Below are positions 11,494-22,564 of a DNA stretch of 34,845 nucleotides, piece after piece; positions within the stretch are counted from its first letter, which is position 1, and each line of letters begins with the position of its first letter. This DNA is from Octopus bimaculoides (taxonomy: Eukaryota), in the NCBI RefSeq assembly GCF_001194135.2, contig NC_068992.1, positions 44,133,015 through 44,167,859 of the forward strand. Reading direction: 5' to 3'. Position numbers and translations under genes: made by a program. The notes below the pieces were generated by a model. It had not been told where the DNA came from, did no database searches, and worked only from the letters and a program-made list of their open reading frames with translations.

Positions 11494-12028
11494 TTTTGAC
11501 TTTAAGAGTTCCTCGGAGCGTGAGGCATTTATGTATAGTAATGCCCTTAATATAAATAAATATATTTAAAGGGAATAAATAATAAATATTTGCCTTATGA
11601 GGTTTTTCACACTATAAATTCTTATAAAGATTTTACCCTATTTTTAAATTGTAAATTTAACCAGAATATACTCAGTACTGAATTTATTCTGAATAAACAC
11701 GTGTACCGAGATGCAATTCGAAAAGCCCGCCTCTTACATAGGACTGAACAACTATATGTACTATGCGGGATACATTTGGTGTTCGTCTGGTATATTGACT
11801 TTTTTGTTCATTTTTTTTATGTGTCTTGATGATGCCTGCACTGACGATCAAAAAGTGCATTTTGTGCTCTAATTATGAAATCATAGGATCTGCTGCTGAA
11901 TCTTTTTTTGAGATGCTCGCTTCGAGAGTTGCATTCCCTCGCGTTCGGTAAAATGTGTTTATTATGGTAATTTTGACTTTAAGCGTCCCTCGTAGCATGA
12001 GGCATTTATGCATAGTAATGCCCTTAAT
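11494..12028. repeat. Unit bounded by 58-bp direct repeats (11494-11551 and 11971-12028)
   Basis: The two copies match at 53/58 positions. Each contains a GGCATT-N10-AATGCC hairpin. An extra TTTTGACTTTAAG copy lies at 11481-11493. Confidence 0.85.
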
Positions 12029-12029
12029 G

Positions 12030-12089
<60 letters not shown>

Positions 12090-12090
<1 letters not shown>

Positions 12091-12186
12091 GCTTACAAAA
12101 AGTAAGTCCTGGGGTCGATTTGTTTGACTAAAGGCGATGCTCCAGCATGTCCGCAGTCAAATAACTGAAACAAGTAAAAGGATAAA
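12090..12186 (+). mobile_element. SINE family 'B' 3' portion
   Basis: GGGGTCGATTTGTTTGACTAAAGGCGATGCTCCAGCATGTCCGCAGTCAAATAACTGAAACAAGTAAAAG; its reverse complement recurs diverged at about 18193-18280. Confidence 0.65.
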
Positions 12187-12738
12187 AGAATATATTTATT
12201 AGTAAGTTTAGAGTGTATAATTATCTGGTTGGATACCAGTCTTTCTATTCCCAGTTAATTTCTTTCATATACTTACATATTCCTTAGACTAATCTTTTGT
12301 TCTCTAACAAATGGTATTTGCTTATGTATTTATGAAAGCATGACAAAAGCTCTGTGGATCGTTATGTCTACAGCTATCTTGGAACAATAATTTTGACCTA
12401 CGCATTACACATTCATATCATTCTCTTTAATTTACAACCATGTTTTCATTTTCTATAACAATGACTTTGCTCCTTTTATTAGAAAGTTGCTGTAACAGAA
12501 ACTATCTTACTTGGCAAAATAATTATATACTTGTCTGAATATTTATATAAATCTCATTCACTACTACCGACGTTTGCTATATTTCACCTCCGTAGATAAC
12601 AGATAAATGATAATCCAAATGATCGATAGGTAGAGAGAGAGAATGAAAAAGAGGGAAAGAGGGAGAGAGAAGTAATTGTTTTGAGAATATTACCCAAATC
12701 CGTATTTGTCAACTATACATAGTTTCTCTTCTCTGTCC

Positions 12739-13006
12739 NNNNNNNNNNNNNNNNNNNNNNNNNNNNNNNNNNNNNNNNNNNNNNNNNNNNNNNNNNNNNN
12801 NNNNNNNNNNNNNNNNNNNNNNNNNNNNNNNNNNNNNNNNNNNNNNNNNNNNNNNNNNNNNNNNNNNNNNNNNNNNNNNNNNNNNNNNNNNNNNNNNNNN
12901 NNNNNNNNNNNNNNNNNNNNNNNNNNNNNNNNNNNNNNNNNNNNNNNNNNNNNNNNNNNNNNNNNNNNNNNNNNNNNNNNNNNNNNNNNNNNNNNNNNNN
13001 NNNNNN
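12739..13006. other. Assembly gap flanked by an identical 102-bp duplication (other gaps: 8482-8547, 14530-14773, 19726-20401, 24194-24207, 24616-24955)
   Basis: 12637-12738 is identical to 13007-13108. Confidence 0.95.
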
Positions 13007-13655
13007 GAGAGAATGAAAAAGAGGGAAAGAGGGAGAGAGAAGTAATTGTTTTGAGAATATTACCCAAATCCGTATTTGTCAACTATACATAGTTTCTCTT
13101 CTCTGTCCCAAATCCCTATGTCTGGTCTATTGTGTTTACATTTTATTGAGGTTTTCACTGGGACATTCCACCAGAACTCTTTCGTATATAGTATACGCAA
13201 GATCTGAGTCGCAGTAGGAATTATTAGTTTCTGTTCGAAGGATCAGTCACATAATCCTCAATGTGCAGTAGCCTTGCTCAAGAATATTAACCAGTAAATT
13301 TTTCTAGCTACACATATACACAGTTTAAGATATGTACACTATAAGATGTACAGAACTGCATATAACTGTGTGTGAATGTCCCTTAAACTGTACGACTGCA
13401 TTCAAGTATTCTTAGAAGCCGTAAGAATGTAAAAGGAAATTACTTTTGCGAATTCTTAATAAAAAGCTTGTAAATTCTTCCTCTTCCCTGCTATTAGTCA
13501 CTACTTATTTATTTTGTTCTGTGTTCTGAGACCAGATAAAGAAAAAACTTTAAACCTAAGAAGCGGTCTGATAGCTGCTTCCAAAAGATTATTCCATTTA
13601 TAGCTAACATTACTGGTATTTACTATTGACTGTTGTTTTCCTTTTGTACTTTCAG

Positions 13656-13758
13656 GTATGATACTTGTGAATTAAACCTCCACAGAAGTGCTCTAAATAC
13701 TTGTGTTGTCAAAGGATTACCAAATGTAAAGAAATATATTACTCGAAAACACAAATAA
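13656..13758 (+). CDS. KLHL10: KLHL10-like terminal coding exon 6; not in ORF track
   Basis: Acceptor CTTTTGTACTTTCAG|G completes the split TGG (W); encodes YDTCELNLHRSALNTCVVKGLPNVKKYITRKHK-TAA, matching the KLHL10 C-terminal WYD..M...RSALSCCVV.GL.NV pattern. Confidence 0.92.
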
Positions 13759-14012
13759 TCAGCAATTTCGAAATTTTTTCAAAACATTTTTCATACAGAA
13801 AACTTTTTACTCTGAAGAATCCAGATCTTTTCTAGCTTCAGCTAAGCCACAAATGCTTAAATGTTTACATTATAACTCTGTCAACTAAGATTATTATCTT
13901 AGGTCCCCTGTTCAGTTAAATTGATTCAATTTTTAGTCGAGTTTATAACGTATCCATAACATTGAACTGTTAGTGTTTAAAGGGCTCTGACAGATGAATT
14001 ATTAATGTCTAT

Positions 14013-14018
14013 AATAAA
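14013..14018 (+). promoter_or_regulatory. Candidate polyadenylation signal (AATAAA) for the KLHL10-like gene
   Basis: AATAAA about 255 nt after the stop codon. The sequence is AT-rich, so the hexamer alone is weak evidence. Confidence 0.35.
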
Positions 14019-14799
14019 GTAAAAAAAAGAAGTTTATAATCTTATATTACTATTTGCATTAGCATTCACATTAAACACCAGACTTCTTAATTACTTGTAA
14101 AGTATGTATCATAAATGTGTAAAATATTTATTATTGACAGAGGCAACAATAGCTCTGTCTCATGTATGCATGTACATATTTGACCCATATACCTAGGGCT
14201 ATAATTCCTCAACATTAATTCCTCAACATTTTGATAGTAATAAAATGACCTGATACTACTATGACCAGTGAAACCTGTCCATGCATACTGCTTACACCTT
14301 CCCTCTCTTTAGAAGTAATTGTCCCTTTGCTATCACCACTAGATAAGAAACAATAGAATTCTGAGACAGTTAAAACTTTTGTCTAGAATCAATTACTAGC
14401 CTGATAGACCCTGCTATGTCAAGATGGACTTATATATTCTTCCTCTGCTCTCTCCCACTTGGTTTTAATATGTTGCCACGTTTGTAATATGTCTTTTTTT
14501 CTACATTTTTTCGTGCAGCTGAAGATTGCNNNNNNNNNNNNNNNNNNNNNNNNNNNNNNNNNNNNNNNNNNNNNNNNNNNNNNNNNNNNNNNNNNNNNNN
14601 NNNNNNNNNNNNNNNNNNNNNNNNNNNNNNNNNNNNNNNNNNNNNNNNNNNNNNNNNNNNNNNNNNNNNNNNNNNNNNNNNNNNNNNNNNNNNNNNNNNN
14701 NNNNNNNNNNNNNNNNNNNNNNNNNNNNNNNNNNNNNNNNNNNNNNNNNNNNNNNNNNNNNNNNNNNNNNNNNTATATATATAATATATATATATATGC

Positions 14800-14912
14800 A
14801 TATATACGTACGTATATGTACATACTTACATCTATACGTATATATATATATATGAATATATACGTACGTATATGTACATACTTACATCTATACGTATATA
14901 TATATATGAATA
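14800..14912. repeat. About 56-bp tandem repeat (2 copies) built from AT-rich microsatellite
   Basis: ATATACGTACGTATATGTACATACTTACATCTATACGTATATATATAT..GAAT twice, next to an N-gap. Confidence 0.85.
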
Positions 14913-14919
14913 TGTGGGC

Positions 14920-15320
14920 ATAGGACGTCAAGAAACGTGTACAACAAAAAAGTAAGAAGCACGAGTACATGGAACATGAACTAATCTTTCGAACAACGAA
15001 AGATACAAAGGAAAAACAAAACAACCAACATAAAGAACGACCCTTCATCAGTTGATGGCTGTTTTTCTGGTCTCGTATTTTGAGCATTTAACAACAATAT
15101 ACGCTTTCAATAAAGCAGTTGCTTCCGCAAAGTAAATTAAATACAATTTGGGATTTTGTGGAGGGTCAAAATAGGTAAGACAAACAGGAAGGGCTAAAAC
15201 CCGTATTGAAGATGGCGGCATCAAGAAATAAGATGGGTGTCCTCGAAACACTGAAGGTGATACTTTACCTCTCACTAGTTTGCTCACAGCCGAGACATCC
15301 CTCCCCATATTTCAGTGACT
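14920..15320. repeat. Interspersed repeat with a perfect 8-bp hairpin and a degenerate hammerhead-like segment
   Basis: ATCTTTCG-AACAA-CGAAAGAT hairpin (14984-15004); TTGAAGA-T-stem-GAAAC at 15206-15249. Family assignment uncertain. Confidence 0.35.
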
Positions 15321-15334
15321 TAGCAAGAAAGTGA

Positions 15335-15575
15335 GTGCATGCTTAGTCGCAAAGGCAGCAGCAGCAGCAGCAGCAACACCACCACCTGGAAAAATTGATT
15401 ACCGTCAATTCTCCCGGCTTTATGTTTTGAGTTCAAATCCCTCCGTAATCGACTTTGTCTTTCGTCCTTTTGGGATCGATAAAATACGTCCTTGTTGAGC
15501 ACTGGGGAGTGCAATCAAAGAAATCCGTATTCCAAAATTTCTGTCCTTGTGCCTATTGTAGAAAGGATTATTATC
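15335..15575 (+). mobile_element. tRNA-derived SINE family 'A' copy (diverged)
   Basis: B-box-like GAGTTCAAATCC at about 15429, core TCGACTTTG.CTTTC.TCCTTT.GGG.TCGATAAAAT, GAGCACTGGGG, 3' end CCTTGTGCCTA..GTAGAAAGGATTATTAT. Confidence 0.7.
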
Positions 15576-15597
15576 ATGGTAGATATAGGATTAGTAT

Positions 15598-15745
15598 TCA
15601 AATTCCGCAGAGGTCGACTTTTCCTTTTTATCCCTTTCTGGGTCGATAAAATAAATTCCAGTTAAACACTGAGAATCGATGTGTTCGATTTACTCACTTT
15701 CCCGAAATTTCTGGCCTTGTGCTAACATTTGAAGCCATTATTGAA
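15598..15745 (+). mobile_element. SINE family 'A' copy, 5'-truncated, head-to-tail behind the previous copy
   Basis: TCAAATTCCGCAGAGGTCGACTTTTCCTTTTATCC...GGGTCGATAAAATAA...CTGGCCTTGTGCTAACATTTGAAGCCATTATT. Confidence 0.75.
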
Positions 15746-15840
15746 CAAACTACCTTAGATGAAACCTATACTAACATTTGAAACCTGTGCTAACATTTGA
15801 AACTATTATTAAACAAACTAATTTAGATGAAACCTATTCT
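15718..15840. repeat. 68-bp-period duplication of a SINE 3' end plus flank
   Basis: TGTGCTAACATTTGAA.C.ATTATT.AACAAACTA..TTAGATGAAACCTAT.CT at 15718-15772 and 15786-15840, with a partial AACATTTGAAACC between. Confidence 0.85.
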
Positions 15841-16384
15841 GAAATTAAGCAAGGACCAAACATAAATTTGGAATATGTCAAAATCATAAAACTACATTTC
15901 CATTTAGGCCATTCTATGGCACCCAGCTCTAGTCAGTAATTTAATTATTGAAAACAACTGACTTAACAGTATTTACTACAGTGATATTTTACTTGTTTAC
16001 GGAAATGAGCAACATAGTACAAATTTCAAATATTTTCTCATGAGGACAAATAGCTTAACTAATGTAGCTGATGAATGTTAAAATTTTTTAGACATTGTTA
16101 TACATTGTTATTGATATAATTTTGTTTCATGTATGTTTTAAGCAATCATTACCTTGCCTTGTCCTCAAGGAAACTAGTTTTCTAATAATACAGTTGTAGT
16201 GTTTAAATACCACAGTTAGGCGTGGTATTGTCTATCGATGATCTTTCTTCCTATTTTTCTTATCTGTCAACAGTGACGCGCTGTATTTCAATATCTTCTA
16301 TCTGTTCATCGTGACACGTTTGTTAGTTGGTTCACTCTACACCAATAAATTATTATCAGCTTATTGCTGACAGTTTTTTTTTTG

Positions 16385-17040
16385 TAGTAGACTCTGATCC
16401 TGGGCAGTAAGAATGAATTCCTTGAACTTCACAACCATTGATTTGCCTACATTAGCTTTCTGGGTGTAGAGGGGTTATTGGCCATGGAGAGGTTTCTGCT
16501 GCTATATACTTTCAAGGTTTCAAGTCCTTCTGTTTTTGTTTTCATCCTTTGCATTTTGGCTGCTTCGTTAACGATTTCTATATTTCTCAGCTTCTTTATT
16601 TATAGAACGTAGCTTCTTCTGAGATTCATTTATTTCACTAATATCATCAATAGTCTTGTAGACCAATTGTGGTAATTTTTATGAAAATTCTAATTGAATC
16701 AGCCCTCTTCCACCGTTTTTCATTGGCAGATAGAAACGGTATATATCTGCCTTTGAATGGTGCACTTTATTGTCGGTCTTGAGTTCCCTGGTTTTCGTGT
16801 CCCTTCTCTGTATGTCAGCTAAATTCCAGCGGATGACACTGAAACCATCTGGCACAACAAGCACTGCTAGGGTGTTAATGGCTTCCATGCTATTCTTGAA
16901 ACTCAATTCAGTTTTCATGACTAGCCTTACCCTTCTGTAGTACTGCTTTTGAGTCGGCCCCATTCATTTGTCCGCATCGAACACTGTCACCCTGGTTAAC
17001 GCTTAGGTATAAGTTTTGTCTGAATCCACCCCTTCCTCTT
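16385..17040 (-). mobile_element. R4/Dong-like (RLE) non-LTR retrotransposon fragment: RT C-terminus and downstream region
   Basis: Minus strand: TY.YL(G)VNQGD, then ORF 16963-16679 YYRRVRLVMKTELSFKNSMEAINTLAV...DTKTRELKTDNKVHHSKADIYRFYLPMKNGGRGLIQLE, then KITTIGL, QKPLHGQ, EFILTAQDQSL. These match the R4/Dong pattern YxKRxxxILxSxLNxxNKIxAINTxA...HHPKxxxxRLYxPRxxGGRGL...LHGQ...ETEGFxxAAQDQ. Confidence 0.8.
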
Positions 17041-18189
17041 CATTTTTGGATGATGTAGACTAAATGCATTATCGGCATTTTCCTTCATCCGTCTTGCATA
17101 GATAAAACACGCACCAGCTGTTAGTTAATCCTGAGTCGGTCTTGATAGAACAGACCTATGACCAATAAGCATTCTAGCTATGACCATTTGTTTGATTTTA
17201 GATTGTGCATCCAGGACAATACATTTTCCAATATGTATCTTTTAAAGTCACATAGAGGCGTTTTCGTTTGTTAGTTTATATAATGTTCACATATACATTT
17301 ATATACTATCGTGAAAATATTTTCTATACTTTTAACATTTAGTTTTGGGTCTGATGAAAATAAAGTATATTTATTTTATTTTCTGTTTTATTTGTTGTCA
17401 TTACTACATTGCCAACTTGATTCAGTGTGTTTTCTACTTCTTGATCTTTTTATATTAAAGTACGCTGCAAGTCTTCAATTAAGAATTCCAAAGTCTCCAG
17501 TTAAACTATCTTATATCTATTACATTTAGAACATTCCACTGTAAGATATGAGCTAAGACTATATCTATACGTTCAGAAAAGCTGAATGAATTCACTATGA
17601 ACACTCTCGAAGTCTTTCATAGAGAGTTATGAATTAAACATTATCAAGTGTCAGTTGACAACCATAAAAACACTCAATGCAAGCATTATATTCAATTTTA
17701 TGTAAAGACGACAGAAAACTCTTTCATACAAATGACAATGGAAAACAATATAAATACGTAGCAAAGACATGTGTTTGGAATTCAGGCGGAAAAAAACTGG
17801 GCCAAAGTCACTTTTTTAATTATGAAAAAAGAAACAATTTAATCTTTCTAGTATCGATCCGGGGACAAAGATATCCCACCAAAAATATGAACGTAATTGA
17901 TTGTTAATAATTGTAAATATAGGATGTATGTGTAGTGTGACATTTGAGACAGAAAACTATTGTATAGATATTGATTTGCGTTTCTGCAATTGCCAGGGAA
18001 ATTTAGTTGAGCAAAAACAACTTTGCAATAACAACTAGAACAATAACCTCAACAATAATTTCAAACTAGTCATAGTAATTCAAGGTGTTCATATAACTGT
18101 AAAGGATTTTCTCAGTTTATATTTTTTACGCAACATTTTTTCTGTCTCATCTGTCCTCATTTTATATATGATACCTGGTTAACTTTCAT

Positions 18190-18392
18190 TTTTCTTTTAC
18201 ATATTTCAGACATTAGACTGCAGTTATACTGGAGCATAGCCTTAAAAAATTTAGTCGAACGAATCGACCCCATTATTAATTTTCTTTTTAATCTTGGCAT
18301 TTATGCTATAAGTCTCTTTTGCCGGGCCGCTAGGTTACAGGAACATAAATACACCCGTAAATACACCAGCACAGGTTGTCAGGTGGTGAGGC
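18190..18392 (-). mobile_element. SINE family 'B' copy, reverse orientation
   Basis: TTTTAC..TTTCAG.CAT.TAGACTGC...CTGGAGCAT.GCCTT..TAGTCGAACGAATCGACCCC is the reverse complement of 12100-12180; continues into a head-like region. Confidence 0.6.
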
Positions 18393-20459
18393 AGGACACA
18401 TACACAGTGTTCTGTATTCTGGCATCTTCCTGAAGTCAGGTCTCTGAAATAACATGATCCCTTTATCAGTCTATAGATACCTTATGGTGGGAATAACTCG
18501 CCACTGTAAGTAGTGGATCATCTGTAAATTTGATAAGGGCTTCGTTAGCTGGTACTGCTGAGTTTAATAGCTTTCTATATATAATGTAGATCAAAGATGT
18601 TGAGCAATTGTTGAGGTGCTAGTGAATACCATTAAATACGAAATATGCAGTGATACATCTATATATAATTCAGTAAGCTATTGGAGTCAAGCATGTGTTT
18701 TACATGTGTTTTACATGGGTTGTTTGTAATCACACATCATGAGACATTTAAATCTTCTCTTAAATTACTGAACACAAATAGATGTACAGTACTTCGTCGT
18801 TTTTATTATATTCTGTAATAAATTAAGCCTTGAATAACTTTTATGCATTTGTGTTAAATTTCATGCTTGGCTAAATTTATATTATATTCTTTCTGTTAAG
18901 TTAAATTATCGTGCAATTGAAAAGTGAAATCTTATTTGTATAAACTTTCATTTCAGTAGTTGTTCAGTTTAAATACTTTTCAAGAGTTTTTAGCTACAAC
19001 CTTTCATCCTACTTTAGTTGGTATTAATTTTCATTCATCAGCCCCTACAAAGTCGGCTATATCAGGTTGAGCATCCGTAACTCTAAATCTACATTTGTAT
19101 TTAAAAGAATACATGAAAAGACAAGTGTTTGTTTCTTAAGTGTTTGGAATTTTCATTTCCCTAGAGTCAATGCATGAAAACTTTTATCACCAAACTTACT
19201 CCTTCCATAAACAACCTTCTAAACACAAATTCTATTCATCTAGAGCGGTGAGAATTTGTTTTGTTATAAAACCTCAACTAACGTATTTCGTTTTCTTCTA
19301 TATTCGTTACTCCACCGCCCGATATAGAAAAAGCTACAATGATTATAAACCTATCGATAAAGGTTCTCCTAGTAAACACCTCTCACTGTACTCGCCGATC
19401 TAAAGTGCACTGGCGACGGTTTGTTGTTGTTATAGCAAACCCAACCATATTGCCTAGCGTTCCTGTCTATTTATTTTAGTCGCACAGGAAAAATACCTCC
19501 CGGCTGTGAGTTTTAAAAACAATTATTTTATTTCTTTTACTTTTCATTTCATGTATTCTTTGTGTTTTTACTTCTTTATTTCTACCTTCGTTTCTTTTCT
19601 TTTATAAATGGGTTCCGTTTGAGCACCAGATTCTTAACCTCGTCTGAAACAACATTTAAAATCGTCAAGAATTTGTTTGCTATTTTACAAACGGCTTTTG
19701 TAGACATTTGCCAGACAGCCGTTTTNNNNNNNNNNNNNNNNNNNNNNNNNNNNNNNNNNNNNNNNNNNNNNNNNNNNNNNNNNNNNNNNNNNNNNNNNNN
19801 NNNNNNNNNNNNNNNNNNNNNNNNNNNNNNNNNNNNNNNNNNNNNNNNNNNNNNNNNNNNNNNNNNNNNNNNNNNNNNNNNNNNNNNNNNNNNNNNNNNN
19901 NNNNNNNNNNNNNNNNNNNNNNNNNNNNNNNNNNNNNNNNNNNNNNNNNNNNNNNNNNNNNNNNNNNNNNNNNNNNNNNNNNNNNNNNNNNNNNNNNNNN
20001 NNNNNNNNNNNNNNNNNNNNNNNNNNNNNNNNNNNNNNNNNNNNNNNNNNNNNNNNNNNNNNNNNNNNNNNNNNNNNNNNNNNNNNNNNNNNNNNNNNNN
20101 NNNNNNNNNNNNNNNNNNNNNNNNNNNNNNNNNNNNNNNNNNNNNNNNNNNNNNNNNNNNNNNNNNNNNNNNNNNNNNNNNNNNNNNNNNNNNNNNNNNN
20201 NNNNNNNNNNNNNNNNNNNNNNNNNNNNNNNNNNNNNNNNNNNNNNNNNNNNNNNNNNNNNNNNNNNNNNNNNNNNNNNNNNNNNNNNNNNNNNNNNNNN
20301 NNNNNNNNNNNNNNNNNNNNNNNNNNNNNNNNNNNNNNNNNNNNNNNNNNNNNNNNNNNNNNNNNNNNNNNNNNNNNNNNNNNNNNNNNNNNNNNNNNNN
20401 NTCTCTGAGTGAGGTATAAACAGTAGCTGTACGACATCGTGAAGTATATTTGCCACTTA

Positions 20460-20618
20460 AATGTGGTTAACCCTTAAGGGTGGATGCTACTGTAGCTTGT
20501 AGCTCCAGGAAGACACCTCCAGCTGTCTATTGACACACTATCTGTGACCTATCAGTATTTGCAAAGAGAAGCCATCCTTCCCATCTCCAACCTGACATAC
20601 ACACGGACTCGAGTTTCA
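20460..20618. repeat. Unclassified interspersed repeat abutting the mariner fragment
   Basis: GGATGCTACTGTA...CCAGGAAGACA..TCCAGCTG...GACACACTATCTGTG..CTTATC..TATTTG resembles a frequent octopus repeat from recall only; no second copy in this window. Confidence 0.3.
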
Positions 20619-20619
20619 T

Positions 20620-20915
20620 CTACGTACTAAATACAGCTGCCACGCCAATTCCAAACTGTAAACTTATTGTCTTTATAGACACGCAAAGGTTTTCATACAG
20701 AAAATTGCGAATTCTCTTAACCATCTCTGATGTTCTGACGTCTCTCTTCCTTCCACACCTCTCCTCGTCTCTCATCTCCTCTACCGGCCTTGAACTTCTG
20801 TCAGCACAAAACATTTTCGGCTCATACAAGTTAATCAATCCATAAGCAATCAAGAACATTTCATAAATTTTTGTAGCATTTTTACCCAGTTTAAACTAAA
20901 ACTTTATTGTTGTGA
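20620..20915 (-). mobile_element. Mariner (DD34D-type) transposase N-terminal HTH fragment
   Basis: Minus strand: TIKF*FKLGKNATKIYEMFLIAYG...EMRDEERCGRKRDVRTSEMVKRIRNFLYENLCVSIKTISLQFGIGVAAV, matching mariner IKFCxKLGKxATETYxML...DDxRxGR..HTH. Truncated before the catalytic domain. Confidence 0.75.
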
Positions 20916-21547
20916 CAAGCCGTGTTTAGTAGGACGTGTTACAACCGGCTCCCTCAATATGGAACAAAAAACTTTGGCAGGTCACTTTATTCGGCGTATC
21001 GTAATGATACTAAAATTCCAACAATCTAGGATGGTTATAACTGTCTTTCATAAAAAAAGGAAGTTTCAAAGCCTCTGGAATGCACTTCATACATGCCCAT
21101 GGTCGCCTCGAGCTCTGAAAAGATAAAAATAAATCCTAAAAGCTAGTATTAGAATTAAAAACCTTATGATGTGTCTGTTTCTCTTCTTGACCTAAAAAAC
21201 ATGTGATTAGCTCATTTATGTACGATTCTAGATTGAATAGTAGCCAAAATATTACAAATTATGTGTTATATGGAGGTCATTTTGAAAATCTAAATTGGCG
21301 CCAGTAGAATGTGAACATTAATTTTCGGATTTAGCACACTCTGAAGATTCTAAAAATGTATGCCTTTCATAATCACCAAAATTATGGACAGGAAAAACAT
21401 AGTGAACCCAACTAAGAAAAACATTGAACAGAGAACTTTCGAGTGTAAAAAAAAAAACTCTGAAGGCAGTGTCACAGCATGGCCTTGGTCGTCATGGTTA
21501 AAACAAACAAAAGAACTGAAGAACTATATATATATATATATATATAT

Positions 21548-21588
<41 letters not shown>

Positions 21589-21964
21589 TACACACTCACA
21601 CACACATATATATATACATATGCGTATGTGCATGAGCTAAATTTGAATATTTGTGAGTATGCGTTAAGTGATAGGTAATATAAAAACCTTAATTCAATTG
21701 AAAAAAAAACACCTTTCACTAAAGAATCACCACCACCACCTTTGCCCCCCTCTCTTCCTCTCTCTCTCTCACTTCCCTCTCTCTGTTCCTTTCTTTAACC
21801 TCACCATTAGAACTTCCCCCCCATCACTGGTAACATTATATTTTTAACTCTTCTCTTTACCATCACTACCTTCAAACTAACTTTTTTACCTCGTAATAAG
21901 TATTACTTTCCCCCTAACTCACGTCATGGACGCTTCTCTCTCCCTCTTTTCTTTCTTCCTCTTT

Positions 21965-22035
21965 CTGGGGTCGATGTAATTGACTTACCCCCTCCCTCAA
22001 AATTGCTGGCTTTGCACTAAAATTTGAAACCATTA
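21965..22035 (+). mobile_element. SINE family 'A' 3' half
   Basis: CTGGGGTCGATGTAATTGACTTACCCCCTCCCTCAAAATTGCTGGCTTTGCACTAAAATTTGAAACCATTATT followed by a (TTA/TTG)n tail. Confidence 0.75.
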
Positions 22036-22169
22036 TTAATATTATTACTGTTGTTGTTATTGTTGCTATTGTAAAAAATACCAAGACTGTGTGTGTATAT
22101 GCCCAGTTACTATTGAATTTTCCCTACCTTAAATAAATGTCATTTTCTGGAGCTATGACTCCACTATTT

Positions 22170-22500
22170 AATTTGTGAATAAGTTTTCGCTTTGTTCTTT
22201 GATATGTATTTTGATATCAAAGGCTACATACATATGATAGCTAGTTGGTTAAAGTGATGTTTAGAGATGAGATATTGTAGAAATTAATTGTCATTTTATT
22301 ATATTACTTCTGTTTTTGTCGGTGTTTTTATATAAGATTGTACTGTGATGACGACGTGAGTTAGGGAGTAAGCAGGTGTCTTGTAGATAAGTTACAGGGT
22401 GGTTTGTTTTGTAAGGTTGGCATATTCATATTTTTAGCGTCAGCTCACTTTGTATGGAATGCTTAAATGTCTACTTGTAGTTAATTTTGGTTTTTATATA
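22170..22500 (-). mobile_element. Possible heavily decayed Penelope-like endonuclease fragment
   Basis: Minus strand gives TCLLPNS...ILYKNT, NIIK*QLIST and VCSL* in shifting frames, reminiscent of CPLxxxC..VIYK..IKWxI..CxLC in PLE GIY-YIG domains; weak. Confidence 0.3.
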
Positions 22501-22564
22501 TTCTATGTAACCCACTCCCCACCACCACCACCACCACCACAATGACTTGACCCATTCTGCTTGT

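Noticed and set aside
11494-12028. CRISPR-like or LTR-retrotransposon call for the direct repeats
   Set aside because: Eukaryotic context with only two repeats; no TG..CA ends, PBS, PPT or coding remnant seen.
14990-15052. Minus-strand CTGATGAAG...CGAAAG as a hammerhead
   Set aside because: Long U-rich spacer with no convincing stem II and no stem III/NUH.
18400-18600. Minus-strand VISET*LQED as a LINE endonuclease remnant
   Set aside because: Single short motif; not enough support.
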